The notes below the pieces were generated by a model. It was given only the letters and a program-made list of their open reading frames with translations, was not told where the DNA came from and made no database searches. The translations under genes were made by a program, and so were the position numbers. Below, in pieces: positions 56,607 to 64,000 of a stretch of 64,000 nucleotides of DNA (positions are counted from its first letter, which is position 1; every line of letters starts with the position of its first letter). Location: the NCBI RefSeq assembly GCF_009914755.1, contig NC_060936.1; one strand, 5' to 3'. This stretch comes from the human T2T-CHM13v2.0 reference genome, Homo sapiens.

Positions 56607-59600
56607 TGAACTTCTGACCTTGTGATCTACCCGCCTCGACCTCCTAAAGTGTTGGGATTACAGGTGTGAGCCACCGCACCTGGCCATGTTCTTTTGGCAT
56701 AGCTTGTGGTACTGGTTTTGAGCCACAAAACCTTTGAATATTATGGTTTCTCTAAAATGTTTGTAGGAGGGGTTAGAAAAACAAAATGAGAAATATAGAA
56801 ATCAAGGCCATTTCATCATCTAATATCTAAACCCATTATTTGGGGGACATGCAAGGCTTAATTTTAATTATGCATAGTTTCTGCAATTTCAACACATTTC
56901 TTATGCAAAAGCTGTATGTTCATGAAGCTTTTGAGGTGAGTGCTGCTCCCCTGGATGTAAATTAACTGCTGTCCTTCTGGGTAGGGCTGTTGAAACTTGA
57001 AGGCTGCTGGGCAGCTGCTGTCTCCCTGCGTTCTGAGTGTTCATTAGTGTTCCGGCACACGGACTGACACATAGCAGGCAGATCACGTGTCATTTGGGGG
57101 ATAGGGGATAGTTACTGAAAATACTAAGCAGATCAAGTTGTGTAGACAAAGCAGAAAAACAATTAAAACAATGACTCTTACAGACAAAAGATGGAAAGGG
57201 TTTTGAACCCTTTTGAACTAAACATACCCTAACTCACTGGGACACCACAACTTGTTATTTGCCCTAAAGTGACCACTGACAAATGATTCCATCTGTTCAC
57301 AATTGTATCTCTTGCTCCTCTCTGTTGTAACATTATTCCTTTCTCCTTGCACCAGTTCTATAGCTTTTCACTTGCTCAGTCTTCTGATTTATTATATGGA
57401 AGAACTTTTTTTTGAGCTGTTATGATCACATTATTGTAAGGAAGAATTCTTCTGGAGGAACTAACCTCCATTCCCCATCATACAGTCAATGAAGGTTGCA
57501 TTGCACTGAGCAGGCGGCAGAGCCTAAATGATGTTGACTGACATTTATAAAGCCAAAGCATCTGTGTTGATTTAATGCAGAGAAACAGAAGATGACTATA
57601 GTCAGTCATGTGATAGACTAGACATAAGCTTATCTCCAGCTTCAATCGCAGTATTGACAATGTTAATTTTTCCTCATTAGCCAGAGAATAAGATAAACAC
57701 ATATTGGAGGATACACAGTATAAGATTATAGCTCCTGTTCCTGTGTGATTTTATCAGGATATAAAATGCAACGATGTCAATCTCATTTGGATTAATCCAT
57801 CAATTTGCCCTTTTTGGGGTTTTATAAAAGTTAACTACACAAACAAGCAATAGTGAACATATATTTCAATGGCGATTTAGATACCATTTTTATATTTTTA
57901 AGAACTCATGAAAAGATAATTCTTTTATAAGGGCTCTAGTGGAAAATGGAAAGAATAGAGAATGTGGCTTTGAGAAGGAGGGGGGAACAGGAAAAGGGAA
58001 AGGGGGTGAAATGTTGGCCTTAGACTAAGTATTTTTTATAAAGGATCCTCCACGCTCATACTGCTTCAAGGCACTAGGAGCTTTATTATATCGGCAATAA
58101 CCTTAGCACAACATCCCTTCCTATTAGAATATCCTATACCATTACTTTAAACTTTTTTGGCTTAAAATTCAAGTAGGCCTGAACATTATGTGCAATGTAA
58201 TTCTCACAAGTGAGCTACTGTTTAAGAAAAAAAGAAGGCAAGTGGTAATAAATCTGTAAATCCCTACTGCAGTTCTCAGGATAACATTTATTGGTCTGGG
58301 CTCAACTGTTTTATACACGGGTATATAACATACACCAAATTAGAAATGTAAAATTCATCAACAGGACTCATTGATAAGGAACTGCTTCATAAATAGCTTT
58401 ATTTCTTAGAGGTAAAAGAAAAAATACATATATATATGAAAAGAAATTTGCTTTAGGTTGAACACATAGAAAGTATTTCAAAATTGCCTGGCTTTAGACA
58501 CAGGTGGGCAGACAGGTACCAGAAGCAGTGGAAAGGAAGAAGGGGAGAGGGATGCACTTTCAGGGTGCTTGGAGATTGTGGCGCTCTATTCTGATTCTGG
58601 AATGGAGACGAACAGGGCTTGTCACTGTAGTTCTGCTTCTACCACTAACTGGCTAGAAGACCTTTACCCTGGGGACCTCAGTTTCTCATCTACACAGCGG
58701 CAGATGATCTCTAAGTTCTTTTGGCTATGAAATCCTATAATTCTCTGATTCCTTCAGTTTATAAACCCTAGGAATAAAGGTCAGTTGTATATATAGGGGC
58801 CAGTTTAAACCCAAAAGCTATTTTAGAACCTGTTGCTCCACCCCAGAGTGATGAAGTAGAAACAATTGCATGTGGTTCCTTTGAGAACAGCAGCCTGCCA
58901 GTCTTCTGGGCCCTGTACTCGCAGAGGAGACCACAGCCGGTGATGGGCCTGACAGTCTGAGCAGCCACACAAGGACTTTTTGTCTCCGTGGGGTTTAGAC
59001 AGTATTAAACTTCAAATGCAAGTGCTAAGGCATTTACCCTAAATTCTCGATCTCATCTGTAGTTCCTTAGTCTGAAATGGAAAATTCTATTTTGGGAAAC
59101 TGCCTAGAGACGCATTTAGGCTAACATGAAGGAAAAGTTGGAAAGCAAAATTGAATATAAAACATGGAAACTCTCAAAGAACTATTGAAAAAGGAAAATA
59201 AAATTCTTCCTTTAAAGCACACTCCAGAATTAAGTTCCAAGGGTCTTTCCATATCAAAAAGGATGCTCCCACAGCACCATCACTTCCCTGCCTTATTCTG
59301 CTCACCCTTTATTTTAGTTGTCTGTTTGATGTCTGTGGTCTCTGCTGGGTGGGACGACTTTGGAGGATGGAGAACCAGAGCACCATGCTCAGTGCAGCAA
59401 CACATAGAAGGAACTGGACAAAGGTTTGTTGAGTACCTGAATGACTGAATGACCAGCTTGGGCAACATAGCAAGACCTCGTCCTTAATAACAATAATAAT
59501 AATAATATAAGACTACCACTTACTATATTTTTCTACTTACTGCTCTACTAATGGCCTTTACTAAGAAATAGCTCATGTCAATTTGTCCAAAAGATTATCA

Positions 59601-59781
59601 AAATCATGGCCCGGCGAGGTGGCTCACACCTGTAATCCCAGCACTTTGGAAGGCTGAGGCAGGCGGATCATGAGGCCAGGAGTTCGAGACCAGCCTGGCC
59701 AACATGGTGAAACCCTGTCTCTACTAAGAATACAAAAATTAGCCAGGAATGTTGGCACACACTTGGAATCCTAGCTACTCA

Positions 59782-59901
<120 letters not shown>

Positions 59902-61953
59902 TTATTAAGACAATTTTTTTATTTTTTGAGACGGAGTCTCCCTCTGTCGCCCAGGCTGGAGTGCAGTGGCGCCATCTCTGCTCACTGCAAGCTCCGCCTC
60001 CTGGGTTCACGCCATTCTCCTGCCTCAGCTTCCTGAGTAGCTGGGACTACAGGCGCCCGCCACCAGGCCCGGCTAATTTTTTGTATTTTTAGTAGAGATG
60101 GGGTTTCACCATGTTAGCCAGGATGGTCTTGATCTCCTGATCTTGTGATCCACCCGCCTCTGCCTCCCAAAGTGCTGGGATTACAGGTGTGAGCCACTGT
60201 GCTCGGCTATTAAGACAATTTTTAAAGTCTGGGCACAGTGGCTTATGTGGGCAATCCCAGCACTTTGGGAGGCCAAGGTGGGAGAACTGCTTAAGGCCAG
60301 GAGTTTGAGGACCAACCTGGGCAACATAGCAAGACCCTGTCTTGATTAAATTTTGAAAAACAAACAAACAAAGAGCATTTTTAAGGGAGAAAGCATAACT
60401 TTTTTTTTTAAAGGTTTTTAATTGGCTTTCATTTGTATTTTATTCCTGGTATAATTAATCTTTTTTAATGAATAACTATCAATGAATTCCCAAAATTGAT
60501 GCTATTTTCCCAAAGATCTTTATTGAGATGGGCAATTGGAAGGTTTGCATCTTCGTAAAAATGGAGGCTATGTCCTATGTCTGTGTTATTACGGAAGAGC
60601 TTGAAAAACCTTTATGTATGTGCCTAGTAAGGACACTAACCTGCTCTGTTAAAAGCTCTAATAAAAAGTTGTGTGATAAAAATGCCAAGGCTTGCTTATC
60701 TGAAAAGGTTCTTCCTAGTTCAAAGGGTCAGTTTCACACCAGGGTCCCAAGTCTTATCAGCTGGCTCTTCAGAGCTTTGCCATTGTAAAACAAAAGGACT
60801 CCTCCAACTGGCATGACAATGGTACAATCACCAGACACTTCAAAAGAAGCAGGCCCAGCACAGGGGATGCCCTGGGTGTGCCCCTCACTGTGATGTTTAC
60901 ACACAGGTTCCAACAGCTCTCCCACAATAAAACCAGCCAGAAGAGTCAAGGGCACTGTGCCTGCAGGGCAGTCAAGGATTCTGTCTTTACCAATAAAACC
61001 AGAGGGAAACTTCAGTTTAAACACCATTTACTTTAAACACTGCACTCTCAAAAGACAGGGTCTCATTATTCTACAAGGGTGAGGAGACTGCTGGAGAAAT
61101 GGAAGTTGAGCTTCAGGGGCTGCATCCTTAGCACGTAATTAGAGAGAGGGAAAGAAAGAAGTATGTCTGCAGATAACCCAGAGTAATCTGCAGGTGTCCA
61201 CATGAATTTTGCAGATGTGGATAAAAATAAGAATAAAAGACTATACTGGCTTGCAGGATGCAAAGAGAAAGCCTCCAGGTATGAGATTAACAGAAAGTAG
61301 TATTTATTGAATTTCCTCTGAGGGTCTGGCCTTGTGGTGGGTGCTCTGATCCATTGGCCTTGTTTGTTTAACTTCCCTGAAAATTAAAAATGAAAACCTA
61401 CTTTCCCAAATCAGGTTCCACAGGAGAGGGGGGTATGGAAATCCAATGTCTGTGAAAATTATTGAAGGCTTACCCTTGAGTTTTCCTAGCCCTTGCTTGG
61501 AGATGTGTATTAGAGACATGTATAAAGAGTATTATTTCCAAGAAACCCAGCCACCTAGATGCTGGAAGCAGGGGATGAATAGGGAACAGCTTGATCTCTT
61601 CTGGAACAAAGGTTTACTTGAAAGGTTTTCTTTACTTCTCAAAGCTAGATATTGTGCTCTGTACATTTCTAGGATGCAAAGAATGCTTGAAAAAACAAGG
61701 AAACAGTCTCCCATTATTATAGGGAATCTTTTGTATTTTGCAAAGAGCTTGGCTTTGCTAAGGACTAATGGACTGTGAGGACTGTGAGGCCGTGATCTGC
61801 ATCTGACTCCCCTTACACCATCATTCTACCCCTCTGGGGTTGTGCTATTCAAGCAACCTTCCCTAGTTCTTTCCAGGTTCTTGTCCTTGCTTCAGCTCCA
61901 GTGATGTGCCTGAATGCCCCAAAGGATGGTCCCATTACAAAAAAAAAAGATAG

Positions 61954-62208
<255 letters not shown>

Positions 62209-62379
62209 TGAACTGCTGACCTTAAAAGCGATCCACCCGCCTTGGCCTCCCAAAGTGCGGGGATTACAGGCATGAGGCACCGTGCCCAGCTGGACATTGT
62301 GTTTTTATCAAGTAATAATTTCAGCAAGCATTTTAGTGTGCCTATTATGTGTCTACCTTATTTAAAACTGTATCCCCTG

Positions 62380-63230
<851 letters not shown>

Positions 63231-63592
63231 AGCTGGGCACTCTTGTAGTCCCAGCTACTCAGGAGGCTGAGGCAGAAGAAGTGCTTGAATCCAGGAGTTC
63301 TAGGCTGCAGCGTGCTATGATAATGCCCGTGAATAGCTGCTGCATTCCAGCCTGGGCAACATAGCAAGATGCTGTTGGGCTGGAAAAAAAAAAATGAATA
63401 AGAGCTGCTCTTTGCCCTTAATTAATTCACTGTCTACTCCCTCTATTTACATATCTTCAATGCTGTCCCCTATGTCTCTCTCTTTTTAAAGTTTTGGTGT
63501 CTCCTTTAAAAAATTATTATATAATAGGCTGGGTGCAGCCTATTATATAACCTGCAATCCCAGCACTTTGGAAGGCCAAGGCAGGTAGATCA

Positions 63593-63925
<333 letters not shown>

Positions 63926-64000
63926 TCAAAATTCATTTGGTGCTTTTCAAAATCCTTTGAGGCATCATCATTGCAATAAAATAGTCCAACAGTATGGTAT

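Overview
Human-type (Alu-rich primate) genomic DNA containing the complete coding region of PRICKLE1 (planar-cell-polarity PET/3xLIM protein, 831 aa, C-terminal CaaX motif CIIS) on the minus strand. There are seven coding exons between 22373 (ATG) and 9667 (TAA). All junctions are GT-AG and the exons sum to 2496 nt. The 3'UTR runs left to AATAAA signals at ~8222-8238, with further candidates at 7214 and 6630. A CpG island at ~32560-34210 looks like a proximal promoter with non-coding leader exons. The right 30 kb is repeat-rich upstream or intronic DNA. Repeats include ~60 Alus, a Y3 RNA retrocopy, a THE1 solo LTR, a near full-length Tigger1, MER82, MER58, a MADE1 hairpin and L1/L2/MIR fragments. 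I found no new protein-coding system. The most unusual items are: an Alu composite containing an apparent local copy of Tigger1 plus a fold-back hairpin (62.5-63.1 kb), further fold-back/template-switch scars, an Alu-Y3 tandem at one target site, an intronic miR-548-like hairpin, and uORF/leaky-scanning features of the PRICKLE1 leader. Repeat family names and consensus comparisons are from memory, and repeat boundaries are approximate.
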